Shown: positions 38,191-50,265 of the stretch, piece after piece
Position numbering within the stretch: position 1 is the stretch's first letter
How the letters are laid out: every line of letters starts with the position of its first letter
Assembly (NCBI RefSeq): GCF_004010195.1
Contig: NC_057718.1
Span: 75,319,300 to 75,383,299 of the forward strand
Origin: Chiloscyllium plagiosum
Lineage: Eukaryota
DNA: 64,000 nt
Direction: 5' to 3'
Translations under genes and position numbers: made by a program
The notes under the pieces: model-generated
Told to the model about the DNA's origin: nothing
What the model saw: the letters and a program-made list of their open reading frames with translations, nothing else
The model's database searches: none

Positions 38191-40341
38191 TCAATGGTGG
38201 GGCCGTGATCCAGGGGGAGAAAGGAGGAGTTATCTGAAAGCTGGTGGGATGGTGGGAGCCTGCCTTGCAGTGAAGCCTCTTGGTCTTGCAGTTTTGCTCA
38301 AGTATTTGAGGCTAGTGGGCCCAGAAATGAAATGCTTTCTTCCAGAAGCATGTGACGCCCCCTTGTCTTGATATCCCACAGGGCAATATTTGGTAGGTAG
38401 GGTGGATGTGGGATACTTGTAGATTGTTCTGAAAGGAGACTTCTAAGGGACCTGTATGTGATCCTTTCTTTGGCTGGGGCCTACTGGCACTGCCCTGTCT
38501 TTGTCTGAGAGATAGGGACAGCTGGAGTGAGGTCAAGGTTGCTGTTTTAGGCAATGTTGACCATCATTGCCTAGAGTGACAGAATGCAGGCCCATGCATT
38601 AATCCAGCAAACAGTGAACACTTTGAACCTGGCTGTCCATGGTAGCTGCCGAACTCTCCATAGAGACAGCTTGATGCTCCTCTACCAGAGTCACATGCTG
38701 CAGACAGCATTCATGCAGTCCTGTAATCTTTGAGTTAGTTTGCCCAGTGCCTCTGACAAACCTGCCTGCTGCTCCTGTATCTGTTTATGCATTTCTGTGA
38801 AGTTCCTAATTGCCAACACTATGGGATCCTCTCCTGCTTCCAGCTGAGCAGGTCTGGCCTTCAACATTCCTCTGAACACTAACAACTTGGGGCATTTCTT
38901 CTTCAACCAGGATGTGCTCATCAGAATTTGTGATCCAGTTACTGCGTACCACTTACTGTTCATTGTTTCAAATCATATAGGCAGAATGGCCAGTTCTTCA
39001 AATACTGACATAGACACAAATACATCTCAGTGTGAATTGCCAGCTACAGGAAAGTAAGACAGAAAAGTGGAGGAAAAACATTCTACGATATTAAAGCAGA
39101 TAGCCATAAAGGAACTGCAACAGCAAATGTTATCTGCTTTCGATATCTTGGTAAGACATTTTTATTTAAATGACAAAAGCAATGTTTCATGCTTTCAAAA
39201 TATAAATCAAAAGTAACTGAAGTAATGAAATTCTTTGAAATAGATTAAAGATAATTCAGATGGAATGTTTCAGTCTAGATAAAGGGAAGGCGTTTTTTAT
39301 TAAGGATCAAAGGTATAAACAATTTAAATTGCAAAAGAATCCCATACAGGCCTCTCTATGTCACCACCAAAAGACAAATATGAGATTGCGATTTGTTGCT
39401 ATGTCACTGTGGGACCTGTCATGTTTTGCTAATAAGGAAATATTGTGACAGCTAGATCATATAATAATGTTCTGAGCCTTTGTGAGACAGTCATATTCTG
39501 TCTGATCTTCAGAGAACAATAACTTTGTGTTATTGTTCATTAGCAGCTACCAAGTGCTGCAAGGAAAAACTTACCTATTAGATTGCATTAACTATAAGTT
39601 TATTTATCATGTTTTGCAGAATAGATTTATTGACACCATAAAATTGTTTAGCATTTTCTAATTGATTAATTAATCTTTCATGAGATGTAGGTATCATTAG
39701 CAAGGCCAACATTTGTTGCCCATCATTTTAGGCTTTACTGAACATGCAAGGGCATCATAGCAGAGTAACATGTAATAATTTCCAAATAACCTACTTTTGT
39801 ATATGACCTCAATCTCAGCTGGCACATTGTTTTCATTTGGGTGTAAACAAGGGTATAAACAAGTAGATGAGTTTGCCTTCAGTGTGATGTGGTAATGCAG
39901 CATTCAGTTTCTCCAGGCCTTCATTCTTTTCTTTATTTTTCCAACCCCCAAATCACCAAGACCCTCATTTTAGTGTTATCCACCTCTGGCAAATTATCTA
40001 TGCAGCTAATTAGATATCTATGCATAGCTCTCTATTGGCAATGCAAACCATCAAAAGTGAGGGGTAGGGAGAGCAATGGAAGCCTACATCATAATGGACA
40101 CCAGCCCTTTAAAGAGTTTTGTGAATTGTTTAAACTAATTTTCTGATTTCTGGCTGATAATTGTATCTGCTGTAAGGCATTCGGCTAAGCCATGAACATA
40201 GCTAGATAATACATACAATTTCAACTATTTATTTGTTTTTGTGCATTGATGTTCCTCAAAGCTGGCCCATCCCCATGATGCTGGTTCCTTCCAGACCCTG
40301 TAGTTGGAAAAATGAAGGCTGCAAGGCTATCCATTAGAACA

Positions 40342-40550
40342 GAGATGGAAATGTGTTGCTGGAGAAGCGCAGCAGGTCAGGCAGCATCTAGGGAACAGGA
40401 GAATCGACGTTTCGGGCATTAGCCCTTCTTCAGGAGAAAGTAAGGACTGCATATGTGGGAGATTAGCTGGAAAAGCACAGCCGGTCTAGGTCTGCCTTCT
40501 CCAGCAACACATTTCCATCTCTGATCTCCAGCATCTGCAGACCTCATTTT
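40342..40550. mobile_element. PLE-derived fold-back mini-element with an intact minus-strand hammerhead core
   Basis: 27-bp perfect inverted repeat (40341-40367 / 40496-40522), 28-nt tail, 15-bp TSD ctatccattagaaca (40327-40341, 40551-40565). Confidence 0.9.
40402..40435 (-). ncRNA. Minimal hammerhead ribozyme motif
   Basis: Minus strand: TC-CTGAAGA-A-GGGC-TAAT-GCCC-GAAAC-GTC^GA. Canonical GUC triplet and palindromic ACGT. Confidence 0.75.
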
Positions 40551-41502
40551 CTATCCATTAGAACATTAAATAGCATCTAATAGCTGTCCATTGCAACTTT
40601 AATCATGCCCCTGTTTTCAATTCAAAATGTGTGAATTTCTCATTGATGGCAATGGCAATGCTCCAGTACTGGCCATCATTGTCTATGACTTCTCAAGAAA
40701 AATAATTTGCAGTATGGTTTCGCCTTTAAAAGCTGTTACTTTTAAAAACTTTTTAAAACAAAAAGGGCTGCTGTATCTGCAACCATGGCTTTCAGTAATG
40801 TGGACAGGTCTCTCTTCCCTCTGTGGATGTTCCTTGTGCCATCTCAAAAGCTGGCAAAATAATAGTAGGGGGTGATGCCTTTTTCCACATGCTTTCACCA
40901 TTGTTGGTATGGCACACCTACTATACCCGTTATGGTGACTCCACACTTGTTGAGCCAGCCTAGGGCCCTGCATTATCCAGGAGAAAGTAAGGACTGCATA
41001 TGTGGGAGATTAGCTGGAAAAGCACAGCCGGTCTAGGTCTGCCGAGGCCCTCAATTATCCAGAAGACTTTTGGGTGATTAGGACTGAATTGATCGCTCAA
41101 CTAAGTTAAATCTTATCTTCCATGGTGTTGTCCATATTGTTCAATGCGGGCAGTCAAGTCATTCACCCGCTACTGCTGGACAAATTTTCCTATCTTCTGT
41201 TCTTGGATTGCTGGGCTGACCTCAATCTTTACCTGTAGCACTGTACTGCTGCTGGACCTTACTTCAGGAGCTTTGAACCTCCTGCCTTCAGTTCCATGGG
41301 TTTGGTCACCATTTCCTCATGTAAGATCAGTAACTGAGCCTATAATCAGGATAGTGCATTGGAACAGATTTTATATACACACACGTAGTTGGTAAGAGGG
41401 CATGGACATCACTGAAACATTAGACTCAGGTTCCATATGATCTAATGTCACTATGCCATAGCTCCTTATACACATGCTTAGTGATATTATTAGAGAATAG
41501 AT

Positions 41503-42070
41503 ATTGACAGGGGTGGAGGGTTTGAGCTATAGGGAGAGACTGAATAGACTGGAGCTATTTTTCCTGGAGCACCAGAGGCTGAGGGATGACCTTACAGAGG
41601 TTTATAAAAATCCTGAGGGAAATGGATAAGACAAATAGGCAAGGTCTTTTCCCCAATGTGGGGGAGTCCAAAACTAGAAGGCATAGGTTTAAGGTGAGAG
41701 GGGAAAGATTTAAAATGGACCTAACGGACAATGTTTTCATGCAGAGGGTGATGCATGTATGGATGATTTGGAGATGCCAGTGTTGGACTGGGGTATGCAA
41801 AGTTAAAAATCATACAACACCGGGTTATAGTCCAACAGGTTTATTTGGAAGCACTAGCTTTTTGTATGGAATGAGCTGCCAGAGAGAGTAGTGGAGACTG
41901 GTACAATTGCAACATTTAAAAGGTACTGGATGGGTATGTGAATAGGAAAGGTTTACAGGGATGTAGGCCAAATGCTGGCAGATGGGACCAGATTTATTCA
42001 GGATATCCGGCCAGCATGGATGAGTTGGACCGAAGGGTCTGTTTTTGTGCCATGACAGTATGACTCTATT
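41503..42070 (+). mobile_element. CR1 3' fragment with a PLE-end insertion at 41764-41862
   Basis: ORF 41586 (NRQGLFP..ESKTRRHRFKVRGERF). The insert is flanked by TSD tgtatgga (41756-41763, 41863-41870). Confidence 0.9.
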
Positions 42071-43464
42071 CCACAACAACTAGACCACCTCAGATGGCAG
42101 TTAACAGTTAATCACATTCCCATAGGACTGGAATGACTTTTAAAGAAAGAATGGCAGTTTTTGTTCCGTAAAAGAAGGTAGAGAACCAGGTATGTTTGTA
42201 GAGCAGTTGATGATAATTTCATGATTACCATTACTGAGACTAACTTTACACCCCAGAATATCCAGTTATTGTGTTAGGATTTAAACTCATGCATTCAAAG
42301 CTTTCACTTAGTCCTACTGGATTCAAAATTTTTGACTTGTACTCATCAGGAATAACATACAAGAGATCAAACTTAAAAAGAGAATGCAGTTTTATGCAGC
42401 GCAAAAGATGGTGTAGATTGGTCGGATGGTTGGCATGGAGATGCAGCAGGAACAATTAATTGCTCATCCTAGTTGAAAAACACAGATGAGGCAGGTAGAC
42501 TCTGATTGATCAGTTGTTGCCATGGGGATTACAGCAGAGAGTGACAATCATCATGACCCTTTTCTCAACAAAAAGGTTTTCTTTCCAGATAGTGAGTTTA
42601 ACTGATCATCTTAAACTGGTTTCTCCACACATTGGATGTTGCTGTTCATATTTTTGACTATTGTATAAATGAGGAATGTGATGTGTTTGAATTCCACGTC
42701 TTTGCCTTACCAGGTGTGTTGGCCATAGAGTGGAGAACCATATCAAACAGCAAAGCATTTGATCATTTGCAGGAGGCAGCGTTGTGTTCAACCAATCTGT
42801 GCTTTGGAAAATTCCGACATCATGAGCAACATTAGATATGATTCTCCTTTCAGATAGCATTTATTACTTCTGACTGTGCTAAGAATTGAAGGGAAATCAA
42901 TTTAAGATCATCAGTCAGCTTGCAGTGATGTATTTGCATATACTAGAAATCACATAAACTAATGCACAGGATGCTGCTCTGTGGAAGTAAACGCAAATTT
43001 TCCATATGTTGCATCGGTTACTTTGAGAAAAGGACCATGGAATCATTTGCCAGTCACTGCTGCATTCCCCATGGAAACAACCAGGCCAATCACAGTCTAG
43101 TTACTGGTCTGAATATTTTCAGCTAACTCAGATTGACAGTTAACAGTATCTGCTGAATCTCCATGCCAATCAATCAGCACCCTCTTCTCATGCTGTCTCA
43201 AATGGTCTTGCCTTTCCAACTTTGGTTTCTCGTTTGTCAGTCCTGATGAATGCAAGATCAAAAGCTTTGATATCCTGTCTCTTTTTAGAAAGGTTTTATG
43301 CTTTGCAAATACATCCAACTATATATAATTTATATATATATGTATACACACAAGAAAATAAAATTCTACAGAATTATTTTTTAGAAGAACTTTGGTCAAG
43401 GAACAGTCAAATTCCACTGAAGCTATTTATAATGAAGTTATTCCAAGTAGACAAATTTTCTGTT

Positions 43465-44850
43465 TAAGATCATAAGGCCAAAAGAAATTGAAACAGAAAT
43501 AGGCTGTTTGGCATCTTGATTCAGATCATAGCTGATCTGACCTTCCTCACATCCACTTTCTTGTCTTTTCCCCGTAACCCTTGATTTCCCTACTGATCAA
43601 GAATATACCTATCTCAGCTTTATATATACACAAGGACTCTTCTCCCAAAGCTCTCTATGGCAAGCAGTTCCAAAGCCTCATAATCCTTAGGAGAAATTCC
43701 TCCTCATCTCAGTTTAAATTGGCATCCCTTAATTCTGAGACTATGCCCTCTGGTCCTAGATTCTCCCAGGAAGTGAAACATTCTCTCAGCATTTTCCTTG
43801 TCAAGCTCCTTAAGAATCCCATATGTTTCAATGAGATTACCTCTCATTGTTATAAATTCCAAATGAGTGCCATACAAACCTATTTCACTTTTGCCCACAA
43901 GACCATCCCTCCAAACTGGATATCATCCCAATGAACCTTCTCTGAACTACCTCCAATAAAATAATGAAATAATTTTCTTAAATAAGTGTCCAAAACTGCT
44001 CATGATAATCCAGGTGACGTCCCATCTGCACCTTGTGTAGTTCCAGTAAGACTTCCCGAAACACATACTCCAATCCCTGTTAAATAAGGCAACATATTCC
44101 AAGAGCCTTTCTAATCATCTGCTGTACCTGTGTGCTAGTTTTCTGTATTTTCTGCACAAGTACTCCTAAGTCCCTTTCTGTTACAGCTTTCTGCAGTTTT
44201 TCTCCATTTGGTTCTTTGTTCTTCCTTCCATAATGAGCAACTTCACATTTTCCTACATTCCACTCCAGTTTGCCAATATTTACCTACTTATGCAATCTGC
44301 CAATACCTTTCTCTAAAGGTATCCCTCTCACAACCTGCCTTTCCACCTATTTTTGTGTAATGTGTAAATTTGACTACAGTATATTCGCTTCCTTCCTCCA
44401 AGTCATTAATATAAATTGCAAAGCGTTGCGGACCCAGCACTGATCCCTGTGGAGCACCAACAAAGGTCACCAACCTACAAAAGAATCCTGAATCCCTGCT
44501 CACTGTTTCCTACCATTAGCCAATTCTCTATCCATGCCAATATACTACCTCAACACTGAAATCTCTAATTTTATGACTTAAACATTTGTGAGGCACCTTG
44601 TTGAATGCCTTTTGGAAAACCAAGTACAACACATCTACTGACTCTCCTCTATTCACTCTGGTTGAGACTGCCTCGAAAGACTCTCACAAATTACTGATAT
44701 GATTACCCTTTCATGAAGCAAAGCTGATTCTGCTTGATTAAATCGTGATTGTACAAATGTTCTGCTATTATTTCCTTAATAATTAAAAAATAAAATGCTA
44801 GACTGATTGGTCTATAGCTACCCACTTTATGCCTCCCTCCTTTTTTAAAC
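43465..44850 (-). mobile_element. Decayed CR1-type LINE
   Basis: ORFs 43704-43898 (ESRTRGHSLRIKG) and 44288-44503 ([22 protein letters not shown]). Confidence 0.9.
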
Positions 44851-45787
44851 AGAGAGCTGGTAGCATAGATATAAACCTCTCCTTTAGGAAGCCTCCGACA
44901 GTGATGATAGGATTTTGCAATGAGTTTGAAACCTGCAAATTTTAATGAGAACAGTTCAAGTGAAAAAAAATGAGAATGCTAAACCATATTTAGAGGTAGC
45001 TCTCGAACTGTTCAAACCATTGACACCTGAACTGCAGGCAGCTCTGCATGCACGGTCACTTGGAAACATGTCCATGGTTCCAGATCCTTTACATCATTAT
45101 GTCATGCACAAATTCCATACTGCACAAGTGCATAGGACAGGCATGACATTAAAACAGGAATCAGTTGAGGAGGGGAGAGAACAGATGAGGCTGGGGGGAG
45201 GGGAATGGACAGAGCTGGGGTGGAAAAACAGAGAAGATGGGGGAGAAATGGATGGGTGGAGGTGAGAAACGCACCTTTCTCTCTCTTAAGAAATTGTTGC
45301 CACTGTGAGAGAGCTGGTCAGATAATCCAGAGAGTCAGAGCTTTGGTCTAGACAAGAACTGGTAATGGATGTGGGAGGATCATCAATAAAGTATTCCAGT
45401 TCAGATTTACTATTCGTCTACATTGTGCATATTTCCTGGTTCCAAAGAAAGCAGCAACTAGTGACTAGGTTGGGATCTAACCGGCAAATTGAATCCAAAC
45501 ACTGGTTTTCTTTGTCCGGGTGGAGACTTCAGCTTCACCTTTACTGACACTTCAGAAATGGCACAGGATTAAGGAGGTAACATTGGGCGAGCGGTCACAA
45601 GGTGACTCGGGCCAACAGCCAAAGAAGAAAGTATGTATCCGTGAGCTAACAACATTTTTGCAGAGCGTGAATGTGAGGAACAGTATGCCAGCACAACAGG
45701 AATGGCCAATGTGTGGAGAATGTTCACTGAGGGGACATGGGCTGCAAATGGCTAATAGACTCAATTGGCAGGAAAAAAATCCAAACA

Positions 45788-46830
45788 ATGGGAAACCAAA
45801 ATGGCAGATCAATTTGCAACAATGGTTTAGTTTCATGAAGAATCAGAAAATTAGACTTTATATAAGGAATGCTTTAATTCATTCTTAAAGACAAACAATG
45901 CAGCTGAGGACATTGTGGTACTGGTTTTCTTAAGTACCACCAGGAGCAAGACCTTCATGATTCTAAGGAGTCTGGTGCAACTATAGAAACCTGCAGACAA
46001 GACTTTTCAAGCATTATGCTTCGAGTGAATGAACCATATTGCCAGAAATTGCTGGGTACAACCCAAACAAGAGGAGTCAGACAGAAACAGCCCTGAGGAC
46101 AAGACAAAAGGTATATGCCATGAACCAATGAGTAGATCAGGTGTTAGCTGGGTCTGCAGAGAAGCAGAAGACCCAGAGTCACCAGAGTTTCAGCAGACAT
46201 CCTGTCAGTAAAGGTGAAGCTGATCGTTTCTGGATTCTACCCAAAGTGGAGGGGATGACAGTTAAAATAGAAGTGTGTACGGGTGCAGTGGTGTCTCTGA
46301 TTCCCGAATCAGTCCATAAGGAGAAGTTGAGGGCACTACCATTAAAGCCTGTCAAGATTATGTTATGGACAAACGCAGAATAAATAGTGCCGCTGAAGGA
46401 CTATGTACTGGTGAAAGTACAGTTAAGGGATCAGTGTGCACAATTGGCACTTTACATGGTAAAAGACAAATAAATTGCATTAATTGGATGCTCCTGGTTG
46501 AACTCTGGGGCATGCTTAAAAGGCAGGAGGACTCAAATATGTGTTGGAAAGAGACCCTGGACAAATAAAAAGATATCTTCAAAAAAACTCTGGGGAAATG
46601 AAAGGAGTTGAAACTAATCACAGCTAAAGCCAGAGGCTTGTCCTAGGAGTGTGATGGTGCATCCAGTACCACACATTATCCAAGCTAAAGTAGAGATGCA
46701 ACTGGAACAGCTGGTGAACTGGGAGCATTGGAACTAGGAACCAGCTGTGAACAAGCTGCACTCTGGTCATGCTTCTGCTCTTAAAAATAGATGGTATAGT
46801 GAGGATTTGTGGTGACTTTAAGGTCACAGC
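45788..46830 (+). mobile_element. Gypsy LTR-retrotransposon gag-pol fossil
   Basis: Gag-like DNA near 45800-46010, HIARNC zinc-knuckle remnant, protease-like VCTGAVVSLI, RT motif KIDGIVRICGDFKVT at about 46783-46828. Confidence 0.8.
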
Positions 46831-46959
46831 CCTGTGTGTGGATTAATAATCCTTTCTGATCATAGAAGACCTTTTCTCTTATTATCTTACGGTCCAAGAG
46901 GGGGTCAGAGTAGGGCTCTTGTGCCAGACCTTGTCCACTTAGATCACATTTCATTTTCT

Positions 46960-47690
46960 TTTTCCTTTCTGTCTCTTTTATTTTATTTTACTTACTTTCC
47001 TTGTCCTGAGCATGGATGGCATCGGTGGCAATGACAGCCCAGCACATGGAGCTCGAGTGGACCCAGGGTGCAGGCCTTGAGTGGTCTCACCAGGCCCGGG
47101 GTGCCGACCTCGGATGGGCCTACCAGAGACTTTGAGCAGGCCCAAGACATATACTTCAAGTAGGCCCAGTGGAAAGGAGAGTGCACCCCCACGTACTTTT
47201 CTGGAGGAAGCACAGGACCTGGAATCAGTAGCTGCTACATCGACAGAGGCTACGTTGGTGAGATAGGCCCAGCAGCAAAATATGGCGCCTGAGGATCCAT
47301 GACTTTGTTGTTGATTGGGTCGGTGCTGGCAGTGGTGAAGTCCTGGTGGAAAGTCCAACATGGATGAAGTGGGCCCAGCAGCAAAAGACATAACTCCAAT
47401 GTTGATTGGGTGGAGGAGCATCAGCCCAGCTGAAAAGATGGCACCACAGCATCAGCGACTTTAAAGTTGGTTGGGTCTGGGTTCAACGGTAGCGAAGCGA
47501 TGATAGAAAGATAGCAGTGATGAGCTAGCTCATGACTGATGGACTCTCCTCAATCTATGTCTCTTTGTTTTAAACCTTATTCCTAAATTATTGAAAATGA
47601 TACCATTTCATGGTGATAAATGAAAGCTTTTCATTACATTTTATTGTATTCTTACTGTAAAATACACATGACAATAAAATTAAAATCAAG
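46960..47690 (+). mobile_element. Unclassified GC-richer repeat ending in a LINE-like 3' tail
   Basis: Ends tttcattacatt...tacacatgacaataaa, similar to the Rex1-like 3' end at 29040-29080. Confidence 0.4.
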
Positions 47691-47869
47691 AACTGTTCTG
47701 TGAACTGGCTGGGTGAAAGAAATTCTCAAAAATGGATCTGTTGCAGGCCTATTAGCAGATGGGGGTCCTAAAGGAGTCCCACCTGCTGCTGGTAATAGTG
47801 ACACACATAGGTTTTGACATCGGGTAAACACCCCCTGCTAATTCAAACCAGTGACACAGAAAAGATTTA

Positions 47870-48347
47870 ATCTCATTCATAAAGTCAGGAAGTATGGGAT
47901 ACATGGAGATTTGGCTGTCTGGATTCAGAATTGGCTGGCTGACAGAAGGCAGAGAATGGTTGTAGATGGAAAGTATTCTGCCTGGAGGTCAGTGTTGAGT
48001 GGGGTCCCGCAGGGCTCTGTTCTTGGGCCTCTGCTCTTTGTAGTTTTTATAAATGACTTGGATGAGGAGGTTGAGGGTTGGGTTAGTAAATTTGTAGATG
48101 ACACAAAGGTTGGAGGTGTCATTGATAGTACAGAGGCTGCAGCACGACATAGACAGGATGCAGAGCTGGGTAGTGGAAGCAGAGTCATTGGGGACATTTA
48201 AGTGACTGCTGGACATGCACATGGATAGCAGTGAGTTGAGGGGGTGCGTAGGTTATGTTGCTATATTTTACATTAGGATTAACTTCGGCACAACATTATG
48301 GGCCAAAGGGCCTGTTCTGTGCTGTACTTTTCTATGTTCTATGTTCT
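47870..48347 (+). mobile_element. CR1 fragment with a large internal deletion
   Basis: ORF 47851 ([16 protein letters not shown]) jumps to the 3' end at about 48170; (TTCTATG)n tail. Confidence 0.9.
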
Positions 48348-48356
48348 AACCTATGC

Positions 48357-49016
48357 TGTAATCTTTTAAAATTTGAGAAGCAAAGAATATCCCAAAGGTC
48401 ACTATTTAAAGTAAAAACTTAACAACTTTATTTCTTTTTAAAAGTCTAACTGAGAATAATTAACTAACAACTATTTACAACTCCTTTTCATAACCTATTG
48501 TTTACTTTCTCTTCTATAATAATGGTCCAATAAAACTCCCAATTAAGATTTTCCAAAAACTTCATATTTCAGAACCAGCCAGCTGTCAAATCTTCTCTTT
48601 GTATCTTCCTCAGTCTTCTTTTCTTCTTTTCTTCTTCTGGGTTTCTGTTTCACAAGTCATTGATAGATAAAGGTACCATTAAGAGAGCTATTCTTTAGGT
48701 AGGCTGCATGTGTTGGTAGCTTGGCAGTTCTCCTCTGTTCAATTTTTGTTTTGGTTTTATACCCCAAAGCATTTGATCATTTCATTGGTGTTAATATTGT
48801 CAAAATTCAAACTGGATTGGAGTTTGGTATTTTGGGGCATAATTTAAACTGATTGACCGAATTTAACTTTTTTTTTGTCTCCAGGCAACCCAGCTAATCT
48901 GGCTGCTTGACCAAATGTTACATTGTTACTTTTTTCAGTACACTTGGTGCTGTGTCAGGTAGCTCTGTTAGTTTTTAATTCTCACAAGGTACAGTACCCC
49001 TTGCACTTTCATAACA
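48357..49016 (-). mobile_element. Probable solo LTR
   Basis: TGT...ACA termini and start shared with 30013. No clear TSD. Confidence 0.45.
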
Positions 49017-49639
49017 CATAACAGAAAATTGATTGTTACATAAGAGGCAGAGTAAAGGCTGAGTTCTGAACTCTAATTGGCAGGATAATCCTAATGGAAT
49101 CAGGAATCTGATTGCTATTTTTGAAAGTAAATGGCTCAATTGTTCAGAAGTGATATTGAGAGACCCCAGGAGGTAGGATGATGAGGCTGTTGCAGCCTTG
49201 TCAATGGGAAAAGGCAGTTCCCCAACAGGCCAATGGTGGTAATTGGTTGGAAATGCATTGTACATGGCTCAGTGTAAATTAGCCCATGAAGCTTCAGTTC
49301 ACAAATCAAGAGCAATATTCTGATGTTTCCGCTGATATGAACCAACTGCTATTTTTCGTTGAAAAAACTTTTAAAGTCACAATCCTGACCATACTAACTC
49401 CTTAACAAGCTCCTCATGGAGCTTAGCAGGCTGTTAATTGACTGTTCGTGTGTTTTCCATGCCCTACACACCCTCTCACCAGCTCTTTGAAATTCCAGAT
49501 TTTCCTGGAGATGCTGGGATGTCAAAGTGTCTTCTGGAACTACAATTTTGAAATTATGTTCACACCAGGTGTCACCTTCATAGTCAATTGAAAATCTGGC
49601 TTGCCGGATACCTCAAGGTTCTATACCAGGGTCATTCTC

Positions 49640-50265
49640 CTGAGAAGTGTTGCCTAACAAAAAGTCCTTGGAATGCAGGTTTATAGTTCCTTGAAAGTGG
49701 AGTCACAGGTAGATAGGGTTCTGAAGAAGGCATTTGATATGCTTGCCTTTCTTGGTCAGTGCATTGAGTATAGGACTTGGGAGGTCATGTTATGGCTGTA
49801 CAGGATGTTGATTAGGCCACTATTGGGAAACTGCATTCAATTATAGTCTCCCAGCTATTTTCCCTGGAGCGTCAAAGATTGAGGGGTGATTTATAGAGGT
49901 TTATAAAATCATGAGGGGCATGATAGGGTGAATAGTCAAATTCTTTTACCCAAGGTAGGGAGTCCAAAACTAGGGGCCTTAAGTTTAAGGTAAGAGGTGA
50001 AAGATTTCGAAGGGAGGTAAGAGGCAACTTTTTTAACCCAGAGGGTGGTGCATGTATGGAACAAACTGCCAGTGGAGATGGTGGAGGCTGTTTCAATTAC
50101 AACATTTAAAAGGCATCTTGTTGGGTACATGAATAGGAAGATTAGGAGGGGTATGGGCCAAACGCTGTCAAATGGGACTAGGTTAATTTAGGATATCTGG
50201 TTGCCATGGACAAGTTGGACTGAAGGGTCTATTTCCATGCTGCATATTTATGATTTTATGACTCT
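49640..50265 (+). mobile_element. CR1 3' fragment
   Basis: ttgaaagtggagtcacaggtagatagg... as in 2470-2500; tail ttatgactct. Confidence 0.9.

Noticed and set aside
42606..42900. Possible minus-strand host exon ending at a GTAAG donor (about 42710)
   Set aside because: Stops in all frames after the plausible acceptors, and the peptide is unrecognisable. A non-coding exon cannot be excluded.
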